From Basidiobolus meristosporus CBS 931.73 (lineage: Eukaryota; Fungi; Basidiobolomycota): a DNA stretch of 64,000 nt. The stretch lies in contig MCFE01000113.1 of the NCBI GenBank assembly GCA_002104905.1, positions 102,295 to 166,294 of the forward strand, written 5' to 3'. The position numbers and the translations under genes were made by a program. Each line of letters starts with the position of its first letter. The stretch's first letter is position 1. Below, in pieces: positions 11,066 to 23,500 of the stretch. The notes under the pieces are model-generated. The model searched no databases. It saw only the letters and a list, made by a program, of their open reading frames with translations, and was not told the DNA's origin.

Positions 11066-14000
11066 GCTACCAAGTCAATCCAGTCCTTAAGAATTCCTGT
11101 CAACACTTATATCCCTGAATCCAGTCCTGTCCTTGTCCTAGCCTTCATAAATTCTGGTGCTTCCTCCTATTGAACTGATCACTCCTTTGTCCAGAAGCTC
11201 AAAATCCCCACTATCCTGAAATCTGCCCTGTCCAAGTAGAAGTTATGGATGGATGATCCCTTTCCTCTGGTGCCGTTAGCCATGAGACATGTCTACTCCA
11301 GCTGACCAGTACTGGTCACCATGAGACAATAGCATTCAACAACATCAATTCTTCCCACAACCCCACAGTCCTTAAAAGCTCATGGCTTAGTCACCATAAC
11401 CCAGCTATCAACTGGAAGACCAAAACCCTGACATACCCCAGAGTCAATCAGGTCAACTCTGTGAACGCACCTGACTTTTCAGGTGAAGAAGTATCTTTTC
11501 CCAAACTACCCAGACCCAGGAGCCCATTATCACTGAAAGGACCCCCTGCAATGGAATACCTACTGAGTATCAAGAGCTTGCCCACATCTTTGATAAGAAG
11601 AAAGCAGTACATCTCCCAGTACATAGATCCTATGATTGTCCCATTAACTTGAAGATGGAAAAACCCCACCTTTTGGCTCTATCTACAACCTCTCACAACC
11701 TGAGTTGAAAGAACTCCATGGCTATATCCAATTAAACCTCCAGAAAGGTCTAATTCAGCCCTCTAGGTCCACAGCTGGTGCCCCAACCCTCTTTGACAAA
11801 AAAATGGGTACCCTAAGAGAGTGTGTAGACTACTGTGCACTGAATAAGATCACAAGCAAGAACAGGTACCCTTGCTCCTGATTAACACCCTGTGGATCTA
11901 CTCTCTGCTGCCAATGTATTTACTAAAATTGACCTCAGAGGAGCTTATAACCTTGTCACAATCAAGCCTGGTGATGAGTGGAAAACTGCCTTGAGAACAA
12001 GATGGTCACTTTGAGTATAAAGTAATGCCATTTGGCCTCACCAATGCCCCAGCTGTCTTTCAACACCTTATGAATGACATATTTTGTCAGTACCTTGACC
12101 AATTTGTGGTCATCTACATTGATGATATCCTGATCTACTCCAAGACTCATGAAGAACAAAATTCCCATGTGAAGAAAGTCTTGACCAGGCTTGACACTGC
12201 TGGCCACTATGCCAAATTGGAAAAATGTGAGTTTGACCAGAAAGAAGTTGAGTTCCTAGGTTATCTTATAAGCTTAAATGGAACAAGAATGGGCCCCAAC
12301 AGAGTAGAAGCCCCACTGCTTGCCCACCCTGACCTTGAGAGACCTTTCAATATAGAAACCAATGCCTCTGACTTTGCCCTTGGTGCCATCCATTCACAGT
12401 ATGATGACAAGAATATGCCACACCCTGCTGCATCCTACTCTCAAGAATTTACTCCAGCTGAAGTAAACTATGATATCTATGACAAGTAACTACTTGCAAT
12501 CATTGTGGCCTCTGAACAATGGAGACACTACCTTGATGGTGCAGCCCAAATGATAAAGTTTCTTGGTGACCACAAGAACCTTGAGTACTTTACCACCTCA
12601 AAAGTACTGAACTGGAGACAAGCCAGATGGTGGCTTTTCCTGTCTAGCTTTGACTTTTTCATCATCTATAGACCAGCTGTGAAACAAGGAAAACCTGATG
12701 CCCTGTCCAGAAAGGTGGGGTATTCCCTTGAAGAAGGGGATGATGCCTTTTGGCAAATGAAAAACTCTGTGCCCAACAAAGGACATTTTGAACTCCTTGC
12801 AACCCATTCCTCCAATATTATAGCTCCTTTACTCCTTAAGAAAGTCAAGACCAGCCAAGCCACCAACTCCACAGTGTCAATAATCCAAAATATCTCAAGT
12901 CTCCCACTGACCATCACCCAAGCTCCCAAGCCTCCAGCACCCCTAAGAAAAAAAATAAAGAAAAGGCCAGCAAAATGCCATCATAATATCAGCTGAATTC
13001 CAAGTTTGTCAAAATTGACAACTCTCAGTATCTCTGTTGTTAGCTGATGGGCAGGCAAGCAAACAAGTTCCCCAGGTGGAGACTAGGCCAACTAGCATCC
13101 ATGCCAAATATGGTAATTAGCTGCATGTTACTTCTATCAAAAATTGCATTTAATATTTTGAACCAAAAACACCAGCTGAATGCCAGCAGAATACCAGCTG
13201 AAAATCAGATGAATACCAAGTTTGAGATTTTTCATAGGGCTCCTATATCTAGTCAATGACATCATCCATCACCAGCACCAACTGCTTGTCCCAGACCTTG
13301 ATACCCAGTTGGATATCATCCATTCTTGCCATGATTTAGTGGCTGCAGGACATTTTGGTACAGCCAAAACTATGAATGCAATCAAAAGAGACTTCTGGTG
13401 GCTCATGATTATATCCCTTGTCAAGGAGTACCTCCAATCTGTGATACATATAATTGTGCAAAATCTGCCAGGCACCTGCCTTATAGACTTCTTTAACCCT
13501 TGCCAATTCCTGACCAGCATTGGAAGTCAATTTCAATGGACTTCATAACCAACCTCCCAGAATCCAATCAATTTAATTCAGTCCTGGTTGCGGCAGATAG
13601 ACTCACAACAATGTCTCACTTCATTCCCTGCTCCAAGAATATAGACGCTAAGGTGACTGCCCACCTAGTAATTAAGAACATTTTCCAGCTCCATAGTATC
13701 CCAAGTGACATCGCATCTGATAGAGGACCCCAGTTCATATCAGAATTCTGGAAATACTTCATGCAATATCTTGGTGTGCAAGTCATGCTCTTAGCTGCTT
13801 TTCATCCTCAGTTAGATGGTCAGACAGAGAGAATTAATCAGATCCTTGAGCAATTCCTCCAGTGCCAAATCAACTATCAGCAAGACAACAGGAGCCAGCT
13901 ATTACCACTTGCAGAATTTGCCTACAACACCTTATGTCATAGTGCAACTGGTCTCACCCCATTCTATGCAAATTATGGTTTTCACCTGCAACTTGATATT

Positions 14001-14481
14001 CAGATCCCACAGACCCTATGAGCTCCCCAGCAGCTGAGCATGTATCAACAATTCTAGAAATTCAAGAAACACTCAAAAAAGAACTATCCTTAGCCCATAA
14101 GCAGTACAGCAAATTTGTAGACAACAACCAGCAGCCTATACCCAAGCTTAATGAAGGAGATTCAGTATAGCTCTTGAGAAGAAACATTGTTAACAGCCAC
14201 CCTTGTGAAAAATCATACTACAAGAAGCAAGGACCATTCAAGATCAAGAAGTAACTTAGTCCAATTGTATACCAACTACAGTTGCCACTAAGTGTGAAAA
14301 TTTATGGCACATTCCATGTATCTCCCCTGGAACCATTCCATGAAAGTACTCTACCCAGCTGGCACCCAGCAAGTCCCCCAGCCATCCAAGTAGACAAACA
14401 CCAAGAGTTTGAAGTTCAGCAAGTACTGGATTCAAAGTACATCAGATCCCAACTTCACTATCTGGTAGAGTGGGTTGATTA

Positions 14482-14829
14482 TGTTGTAAGAGTCTTGGAG
14501 ATATTGGAAGTGATTGGGAGAACAAGTTGATTATGTGGTTTTCACTTAATGATTTATTGAGTGTAAAAGTAGTATTTATACTTTTACATGGTCTTGGCAT
14601 CACAAACACGTAGAATGGGTTAAGGAAGATCCCAAAAACATGTGTGCACAGTTTGGGGCTGTTTGGACAACCTTGAGAATTTTCATGTTCTGGGTACCTG
14701 GTATTTTGGTGAAAATATTCTAAGTAAATCCCAACAAGGAATTTGGTCAATATTCTCTAGGATTTGAAGGTGATGATCTAAGTGACTAAGTTAGGTGAGT
14801 ATTTAGGTGAAATACAAATTTTTACAACA
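14482..14829 (-). repeat. Copia 3' LTR (348 bp)
   Basis: Direct repeat of 18815-19163, about 17 differences counted by eye (~95%). Preceded on - strand by the purine-rich AGCTGAGTGGGAG (PPT). Confidence 0.95.
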
Positions 14830-15920
14830 CTCCCACTCAGCTAAATGTTCATACTGACTAGTCCTAATTTTGACCTAAGATATTCAAACTTGTCTCTAGC
14901 TAATGGTTTGGTAAATACGTCTGCAATCATTTCATCTGTAGGACAGTAAACTAAGCTAACTAAGTTATTCTCTATAGCTTCATGTATGAAATGATGTCTA
15001 ATATCTGTGTGCTTGGTTCTAGCATGAAAAGTTGGATTTCTACCTAATTGTATACATCCTTGATTATCTTGAAATAAAGTAATAGGCGTTTTTTGACATA
15101 GGCCTAAATCTGTAAAAAGCTTTCTTAGCCACATTGCTTCTTTTGTAGCTTCACAGGCTGACATGCACTTTGCCTCTGTGGTAGAAAGTGCTACAGTTGG
15201 TTGCTCTCTTGAATTTCATGAAATTGCTCCTTTACAGTAAAGAAAGGTGTATCCCGTGGTGGATCTTCTGTCTTCCAAATTTTGTCCCCAATCAGCATCA
15301 GAGTATCCCACAAGATTCTGTTCTGAGTCCTTATAAGTGTATCTTAAGCAGATATCAGCAGTTCCTTTTAGGTATCTAAAAATCCGCTTAACTGCTGTTA
15401 TATGATCAGATCCTTAGTTCTGATTATGTTGGCTGACAACTCCCACTGAATATGAGATATCTGGACGTGTTCCAAGCATGATATACATCAGGCTGCTGAT
15501 CATAGATTGATAAGGAACGTCAGGGCTTTCAGATGGCACCAAGCTCTCTAGATTTGGTTGAGTTTTGACCAAGTTAAGGTTTGTCTCCATTAGGGTAGCT
15601 GCCGGTTTACAGTCTTCCATTTGGTGCTTCTTTAGTATATCTTGAATATACTTGGATTGACTTAGGGTGATAATCTGGGTACTTCTGTCTCTGGAGAAGT
15701 TAATCCCCAAGTGGTAACTAAGTTCTCCTGGATTGGACATCTTGAACTCCTTAGATAGGCTGGATTTAGTCTCTTCCAATGTTTCTAGGTTATTGGCGGC
15801 TACAATAAGATCATCCACATATAGAGCTAATAGAACTGGATTTGTTCTATCTGGCTTATAGTATATACTATAGTCAGCATTACTTCTTTTGAAACTCAAA
15901 GATTCCAAATAAGAATCTAT

Positions 15921-17864
15921 CTAGCAATTCCAGGCACTTGGTGATTGTTTGAGACCATATAGTGACTTTTTAAGCTTGCAGACCAAATGGGGGTTATCTT
16001 GGTCAACAAACCCATCAGGCTGGTCCATATACACGTCCTCATCAAGTCCTCCATTCAAAAATGCAGTTTTTACATCCATTTGATGAATAAAAAACTTATA
16101 TTTGGCTGCAATAGCCAATAATAATCTGATGGAATTAAACTTAGCTACCGGTGCAAAGGTCTCAGTATAGTCAAGTCCTTTTGTTTGAGAGTATCCTTTG
16201 GCTACAAGTCTTGCTTTGTATCTTTCAATTGTACCATCAGCCTTGTATTTTGTCTTGAAGACCCTTCTGCATCCAATTGATTTTTGGTTGATTGGTAATT
16301 TGACTAAGTCCCAAGTTTGATTTTCCATCAGTGTCTGATATTCCTCAGTCATTGCAGATCTCCAAAACTTTGTCTGAGGGCTATTTAGGGCCTCTTTTAC
16401 AGTCTGGGGCTCATCAATATGGACTGAATAGGCATAGGCTAAGTTTGTACCCTCATTGATATAGTAATTTGGGCTATTTCTTGTCCGATTGGATCTCCAG
16501 GCATTGGATACTGGAATGATCACTTCTGGGATATTCCTGGGCACTGATTCTGGCTGAACCATGGTTTTAGAGTCCTCTGGAGTGAAAAAATTTTCATTGT
16601 TTTGCTCTGATTCAATCCTGACAATTGGTGGACTTGAGATCAAATTTTTGTGACCATCTGATGTCATTTTTTGTGAAAATTTTGAATTTTCATCAAACAA
16701 CAGATCCCTGGACTTGATCAGCTTCTTTGCTTTGGTATTGTAGAGTCTGTATGCCTTACTCTCATTGCAGTAGCCCAAAAATATGCATTTTACACTTTTT
16801 GGTTCAAATTTTGACTGATTTCCGGCCAATTTTTTGGCATATGCTGTACACCCAAATATTCTTAGATGTTGTGCACTTGGTCTGTATCCATGCCATGCTT
16901 CAAATGGAGTAGAATCACAAAGTATTCTGTTATAACTCCTATTTTTAAGATATACAGCAGTGGCAACTGATTCCGCCCAAAAATCATAGGATAATTTTTG
17001 ATCATGGATCATAGATCTTGCCATATCAATTATTGATCTGTTAGCTTGTTCTGCTACTCCATTTTGCTGTGGGGAGTATGGTACAGTAGTCTCTTGCTTT
17101 ATCCCATGAATTTTGCAGAAGTGGATGAAGAGTTTTGAGGTATATTCTCCACCATTGTCAGAGCGTATTTTCTTGATTTTTTCACCAGTTTCTCTCCCCA
17201 CCATGGCTTTAAACTCCCTGAACTTAGACAGAGCTTCTTCCTTTCTTTTCATGATGTAGACCCATGTGTATCTTGTATAATCATCAATAAAAGTGATTAA
17301 ATACCTCATCCTGCCTAAGGATAAATTTTGCATAGGTCCACACAGATCTGAGTGAATTAGATCTAATTTTTTCTTAGTTTTGATTAACCCAGAGCTCTTG
17401 AACACTTGTCTGGCTTGTTTCCCACATATGCAGGCTTCACAGTGCTCCAAATTAGCTGGGGGATCAATTTTCACTCCAGAAATTAGCTGATCTTTGATCA
17501 TTTTACGCAAATAATCAAAATTGATGTGTCCAAATCTCCTGTGCCAAAGCATTGGTGTTTCTTCATTCAAGTTACCTATATTGGCTTCCAAATATGATGG
17601 AATATAAGTCAACTTGTATAGATTCTGATCTCTGATGCCCAAAGCAATATGGGCACCATTTTGATCAGTGATCCTGCATCCAGAATTGTCAAAACTGAAA
17701 CTGAGTCCTTCTGCTGTGGCCTTGCTTACAGAGAGTAGGTTCTTGGCTATTTCTGGTACATAGAGTACTTCTTTAAAGGTCAGTGTATGGCTTCCTTCAC
17801 TGCTTCTAAGGTTTACTTGAATAGTTCCTTCTCCCACTGCATCAAGTGTTCTATTGTCACCCAT
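15921..17864 (-). pseudogene. Copia pol, longest open segment (protease C-term, GAG-pre-integrase, integrase, RT N-term); RT/RNase H continue in 15414-15908 and 14841-15164
   Basis: LWHRRFGH..C..C zinc finger, HSDLCGP/DNGGEY/PQQNGVAE integrase, YKARLVAKGYSQ and MDVKTAFLNG RT motifs, LYVDDL in the next frame piece. Confidence 0.93.
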
Positions 17865-18800
17865 GAAAACCTTCTTAATTGGAATTTCTTGATATTGCGT
17901 AAAAGTTCTTTTTGGTGTGTAAAGTGTTGAGAAGCTCCAGAGTCAATATACCATGTCTGAGAATCCTTGTTTGTGGTCATATTTAGTGCAGATATGAATA
18001 GTCTATCTTCAATTGTTGCAGCATTTCAATATTCAGGCTTCTTTTGCTGATTATCTTTCTTTTTGAGACACCGGTCTGATGTGTGTCCTTTCCTTTTGCA
18101 GTAGTTACAAACCAGGTTGCTGTTGTCTTTGTAGGGTCTTGGGTACCTCCTTTGTTGGTTATCACTGCTTATTAAAGCATTTTCTTCTTCCTTCTTATTG
18201 GCGCTTGTTTTTCTTAATTCTTCATCCAGGAGCCTTCCATATACGTAATTTAAGGTCAAATCTTCAGTTCTGGACTCTAGGGCTGATACAAGGCCCTGAA
18301 ACTTGTCTGTCAGGCTATTCAGGATGGTAACTATCACATCCTCATCAGTAATTGGTACGCCCACAGATTCCATCTCATCTACCAGCAGGGTAATTCTGTT
18401 AATTAGATTTTCATTTCTTCTCCTGGCAGCATCTTTGTAGTAAAGAATTTTTGTCTCAGATACATCTTCTTGGCAGCTGAACATGACTGGTAGGTGTCTT
18501 CTAATGCTTTCCAGGCCTTCTTTGCTGTTTTTGCTCTTGAGCATTGAATTAGCAACTTGTCCTTGATATTAAGGCAAATGCAGTTAAAGGCACTTTGTTC
18601 TTACTTCTGGTACTTTAAGGCTTCCTCTCCCACGTTTTTAGGAGGGCATTCTTCTCCCATGACAATATCCCAAAGGCCTCTTTCTTGTAGCAGCATCTTC
18701 ATCTTCACCTTCCACACTTGATAGTTAGATCCATCCAACTTTTCAGCAGAGGGAAAAATTCCAATAATAGCAGTAGTAGACATTGCAGAGAGTGACAGCT

Positions 18801-18814
18801 TGGGGCTCATAACC
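18801..18814 (-). promoter_or_regulatory. Copia primer-binding site GGTTATGAGCCCCA
   Basis: Directly follows the 5' LTR. Resembles the copia-type GGTTATGGGCCC PBS that pairs with an internal part of initiator tRNA-Met. Same PBS at 55387, 58215 and 62044. Confidence 0.85.
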
Positions 18815-19163
18815 TGTTGTAAGAGTCTTGGAGATATTGGAAGTGATTGGGAGAACAAGTAGATTGTGTGGTTTTCACTTAATGATTTATTGAATGTAAA
18901 AGTAGTATTTATACTTTTACATGGTATTGGCATTACAAACATGTAGAATAGGTTAAGGAAGGTCCCAAGAACATGTGTGCAAAGTTTGGGGCTGTTTGGA
19001 CAACTTTGAGAATTTTCATGTTCTGGGTATCTGGTATTTTGGTGAAAATACTCTAAGTAAATCCCAACTAGGAATTTGGTCAATATTCTCTAGGATTTGA
19101 AGGTGATAATCTAAGTGACTAAGTTAGGTGAATATTTAGGTGGAAATACAAATTTTTACAACA
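18815..19163 (-). repeat. Copia 5' LTR (349 bp)
   Basis: TG...CA ends with 8-bp inverted termini, followed by PBS and gag. Confidence 0.95.
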
Positions 19164-21116
19164 GATTACAGCCCATATGATCAAACTGGGGAACTAGCAG
19201 CAAACCTCACACACTACCAAGATCTAATTGCACTATTTTCATATCTCCAGAACTCTTATTCTGTACCTATATGATGATGATATAATATGCCCTACAAAGC
19301 TATTGCCAAAGATCAGCACAACATCTGCATAATACAAGTGGATATTCCATATTCCTCAAGGTTACACCATTGGTTGATGGAAGTTTTACCGTCTTGAGAA
19401 CAAGTAGATACATGTCACAGAACTTGTTGTGTCTAAGCTGAGCTCATACCAAGTATAGTAATAGTCAACTCACTGTCTTTTAGGATATCCCAACCACAAA
19501 TGTGGGCAGGAAAAATGTTCAACTATGATCTAAGTGACTAATTTTGTGTGAATACAAAATTGGCACTGGATAATCATAGGTGGAATCTTGAAGGCTGGTT
19601 AGGGTTTAATTGGTTCAGGAAACAAGTTGGAATATAGATATTATTCATGGTTTTGCTATACATGCCAGAGTAGTATCTTGATGCTGGATGTTACTGCCCA
19701 ACTGAAAGTATGGTAATGGCAGTCCAAACCAAACCTGCAACCAAAGAGCACATTTGCAAAATTGGAGAACAATTCGAGGTTTGCATATGTGAAAGATTAG
19801 TGCAGTGGGGGTATTGAAGCAGTCGGTCAAGCCCTATTTGACTCTGTCATAGCCCTTAATCCTGGTTATCACGCAGGATTTGAGGCTTCTTGTAACTTCC
19901 CTCTATGTTAATTACCAACTTCTTCTAGGGAAGATTGGAGTGCGAATGACAGGCGTTTGAATATCTGACCGGACAAGCACCAGAACTCCCTGGATGGCTA
20001 CTCACAAATCCGGGTCAAAAACACCATGCACACTACCACAAGAGCCATTGTCAACACAGTGTAATGGGGCCTTCTGCGATATTCCGATTCCTGAATGACC
20101 TCAAGCAAATGCATCTCCAATGGTATGCACCTATCTCACCACCAGTCGGCTGACCAGGTGGTGGCGGGGACTTGATTTGCACGTGACGTGACCCAAGTCA
20201 GAAACCACTGATGCCATGGTGCACCACAATATCGTCCAAATGGTAAATCCGCCAACCCGAAGCACCTTGAAACCCCTGGGGCTTTTTCAAGGCCAAGACC
20301 GGCCGATGCTACCCTAAAGTTTGTGATAGCCGATGAGATGAAGAGTCACTCCACTTGAACGCGACCGCCCCCGTGCCCGAAGGTAACCAGTGGATGAACA
20401 ACTGATTTGGGCATGAGCAGCATCCAACAACATGCTTCCCGATGGCCGGTGATCCCCTTCAGCACCTGGGTAGTCATTGGACCCACTTTAATGTACGGGC
20501 TGAAACCGAGTGCACGCTTGTTAGGTGCCAGTTGCTTGGAAACCAATGATGCAATTTAAAATCAACCCCCAATCACACCCCCGACCAACCGTTTTACCCG
20601 CGGTTTCAGTTGCTCACGAGACACGGTGTCTCAAAGCTCACCTCAAGCTCCGGACCAGACCGGCCCCAGTAAGAAGGATTTGGAGGTGGTGGCTATTCTT
20701 TGGGGAGCAGATCAAGCACGAGGAGATGGGAGCACCACTTGCGAGGCATTTCCGGCCAAACCCCACCACGATCACCCACTGGAAACATATCAACCAAAAC
20801 CAGCGAACATACAATTTATTGGATGCATTCTCGTGGGTGCGCTGCGAATTGTCAAGGTATTCTGTGGAGTATCTAGGGGAAGCGGGTCGCCTTTCAGGAT
20901 GGAATGATCCCTCCGGTCCCTGAGGATGTACACTGTCCTGTGGAGTGGGTCGATGGAGGCATATGCACCGTCATCAGCTGGGCGCTATCCCCCGGATACC
21001 CTACCTGACGACTTGGCAACTGGATGAAAAGCACGGCTGGGCCTTACCCACTCCTGCAGACATCGAAGGTATTGGAGCGTCCACCCAAGTGGATGCTGGA
21101 CTTCGGTGGGAGTCAC

Positions 21117-22109
21117 CTATGAGTTCCTGGAGATCCAGATCAGCCACCCACCCATGAGCCAACATAGGCTTGGATACTTGATGGCTGTTGAGGAGGAGCA
21201 TAATGGATCTTCGGGCTCCTGGCCGGTAATGGTCACTTGATGGGTTTCCAGTTGGATTGGCGGGCTCAATCGGGTGTTTCCCGCCTTCAAAAGCCGCTGG
21301 AAATCCTCGACCCGATCGGCCAGTAGGGGAATCGCGAGATCCGGATAGCAGCACAGGATCCGTCGGCGGATTCGAAGAAATCGATCCAAGTAGTCCACCT
21401 CGGAGCCGATCATTGGTCCCGCCAGCCGAATGATACTTCGGAGGCTGAACCCGTCGTCGGTCTGGTAGCCGTGCTGGAAGGCAGTGTCGTAGAAGATCGC
21501 CTTCCCGAGGTAGCTTTGGACCCCCACCTCGTTGGCCAGTTTGATGGCCGGCTCAAAGAAGTGGATGTCCACCGCGCGATGCTGGGATTTTCGAAAGCTC
21601 GCCTGGCAGGAGGCACGACGCCAGGTCTCCCCGAACCCGTCGAAATTACTCGGATCTCCCTTCACCAGGTTGCAATCGGTCTGGTTGCTGAATCGAAGGA
21701 GGGAGATGAAATACTTCCCGAACGGACTCCGTAGATGGTCCTTTCGGTAGTCAGTGATTACGGACAATGCGGTCCCAGTGGCGGTGGAAAAGCCTGCGAA
21801 CCCGCAGGTGAACCCCTTGCCGTCCTTGAGGTTCTTGCAAAAGGAATAGTCGAGCTTGGTGTCTTGCGTTTCGAACACGTTCGTGATGGTGAGGATGCTA
21901 CGACGAACGTCGGGTGGCACGGGGGAGAACGAACCATTGAATGGTAGTGGTGGGGATAATATGCACTCGGCGATGGGTTTTCGGTAGGTGAAGAACGCGC
22001 AGTTTTGTGGGGAGTTGGAGAATTGGTCTTGACAGTAGGGAAAGGACGCACCCAGCACAGCAATAGCCGCCAGTAGGGTGTGGCCTAAAGAAGCGTACAA
22101 CAACCTCAT
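21117..22109 (-). CDS. Secreted chitosanase, glycoside hydrolase family 46, with hydrophobic C-terminal tail (intronless)
   Basis: Signal peptide MRLLYASLGHTLLAAIAVLGA; ITNVFE (catalytic Glu); KDGKGFTCGFAGFSTATG (GH46 DGRGYT motif); LGKAIFYDTAFQHG; YLDRFLRIRR. Confidence 0.88.
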   Translation of the reverse strand: MRLLYASLGHTLLAAIAVLGASFPYCQDQFSNSPQNCAFFTYRKPIAECILSPPLPFNGSFSPVPPDVRRSILTITNVFETQDTKLDYSFCKNLKDGKGFTCGFAGFSTATGTALSVITDYRKDHLRSPFGKYFISLLRFSNQTDCNLVKGDPSNFDGFGETWRRASCQASFRKSQHRAVDIHFFEPAIKLANEVGVQSYLGKAIFYDTAFQHGYQTDDGFSLRSIIRLAGPMIGSEVDYLDRFLRIRRRILCCYPDLAIPLLADRVEDFQRLLKAGNTRLSPPIQLETHQVTITGQEPEDPLCSSSTAIKYPSLCWLMGGWLIWISRNS

Positions 22110-22564
22110 GGGATGAAGGGGGCGTTTTTTTCGAACAGACCGGGCTGAGATCAAGTAACTCTGTCGCCGTCGGTCGTCCCAGGCTTTTTAGTTCGGAAAT
22201 AACGGCCGCCTTTGCAATAGGAGAGGTTTAGGCTGGAGGCACATATGCGATGCCATGTGGGCAAATCTCAACATTCTCCATATCACCTGTGGAGTAGGGC
22301 AAGCTCACTCCGCCTGATGGTATCCGAGCCCTTCTTCATGCCCCCTACCTCCAATATGCGCAAGCATTTTCGATACGGAAGGCCAGAAATCCTCCGCTGG
22401 GCATGGTGGAGACGCTAACAAACAGTCATCCGCTGCATGCCTGGATTGGGTCTCTACCCTGAATACAGGTTTCCATGGGTCACTTATTTATTCACTATTT
22501 ATATTGGAAATGATACCATATATGTTACATGAGGTACCCTTCAAGGGTCAATAGAGCGCATTGC

Positions 22565-23084
22565 TCAGTCCAAGAACTGGCCATTTAAGATCATGCTACG
22601 CATGGGTGATGCAGGGCGATCTGGAATATTTTTCGGGTTTTTCAAGGCTTGTACTCGCGCATGAGGGGGTAGAAGCTTATTTCCTGCCAAGAAGCGGATT
22701 AGAATTGGTTCTGGCCAGCCAATGACAACCCATCGTTACTCACCTTGGGGGGGAGTTTCAGGGAGCTGGTTTGATTTCTACAGGGCAGATTAGTGGTCTC
22801 GTATATGCTGGTGGTGATAAATAGGGTGATGCACTTACATTGCTTAATATCTGGAAGTAGCTGGTGAAGCCGGCGTTGGGCGGGGAGTTTGGGGGAGAGC
22901 CGGAGCCACTGAAACTCCTGGACTTCTCGGTGAAGCTACCCATGGACTTGGGGCTAGTTGGAGAGGTGCATGTGATGTGGCTGAAAGATTGTCTGCCTAG
23001 GGAAGTCCCAACGGAAAGAGCGCGTCGGCGGCCTGGTATGCTGAGGGGCTGGGAATATGGGCCAGAGCTACTAGTAGAGGACAT
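22565..23084 (-). CDS. Small Ser/Pro-rich hypothetical protein (3 exons)
   Basis: ATG 23084. Two GTRAGT..CTAAT..YAG introns join in frame to give ...ILSN|KSNQLPETPPQ|GNKLLPP...RPASPMRSMILNGQFLD*. Confidence 0.65.
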
Positions 23085-23500
23085 GGTACCTTGCAACAAT
23101 ATGATAGCCATCTCGACAGACGCTCCTCGCTCTTTTATAAACATCTGCCCGGTAGCGAAAGCGAATGACAGGACAGTCAGATGTCAAGTTGCATGACAAC
23201 AATGACTGAGATGGACTGTGAATCTCTGGATGATTCATCTCGCTCCCTCGACCTATTCTCGGTCAGTTGACGCGCTTGTTTCTCCTCAATCCAGGATGCC
23301 CTTTTTACTGGAACCACTTTTCCGATCATACTGGCAGCGTTTCACAGGGGATTTGTTCGGTCGGTTGGTCGCTGAACATGCACATCCGATATTTCACTCC
23401 ATCATGGACCAGAGCCATGTAAAACCTCGACAGTGGGGCTAGGGTTGGCATGTTGCTAGGATCCCAAATATAGCCATTTCATCATATCGGTACCAGCGAC

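Larger units (their letters stand above)
14482..19163 (-). mobile_element. Full-length Ty1/Copia LTR retrotransposon with 5-bp TSD GATTA (inactivated)
   Basis: LTRs 14482-14829 and 18815-19163 (TGTTGTAA...TTACAACA); GATTA at 14477-14481 and 19164-19168; domain order gag-PR-IN-RT-RH; point stops and a frameshift. Confidence 0.97.
11100..19260 (+). mobile_element. Chromoviral Ty3/Gypsy pol relic (PR-RT-RH-IN-chromodomain), no gag seen, interrupted by Copia at 14482-19163
   Basis: Degenerate protease (AFINSGAS), MPFGLTNAPAVFQ...YIDDILIYS (RT), ETNASDFALG/NYDIYDK (RNase H), WKSISMDFI...SDRGPQF...HPQLDGQTER (integrase), QVLDSK..YLVEWVD|YSPYDQT (chromodomain). Many stops. Confidence 0.9.

Noticed and set aside
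18601-19083. ORFs beginning MTKFLVGIYLEY.../MEYFHQN... that run through the LTR (also 14442-14750, 53972-54220, 55190-55489, 57973-58317, 61916-62146)
   Set aside because: Chance open frames in the Copia LTR opened by non-ATG starts; they recur only because the LTR recurs. The real gag starts after the PBS.
19500-19560. Candidate Gypsy PPT/3' LTR
   Set aside because: No matching 5' LTR in the window; the short GATCTAAGTGACTAA match is to the Copia LTR and too small to define a feature.
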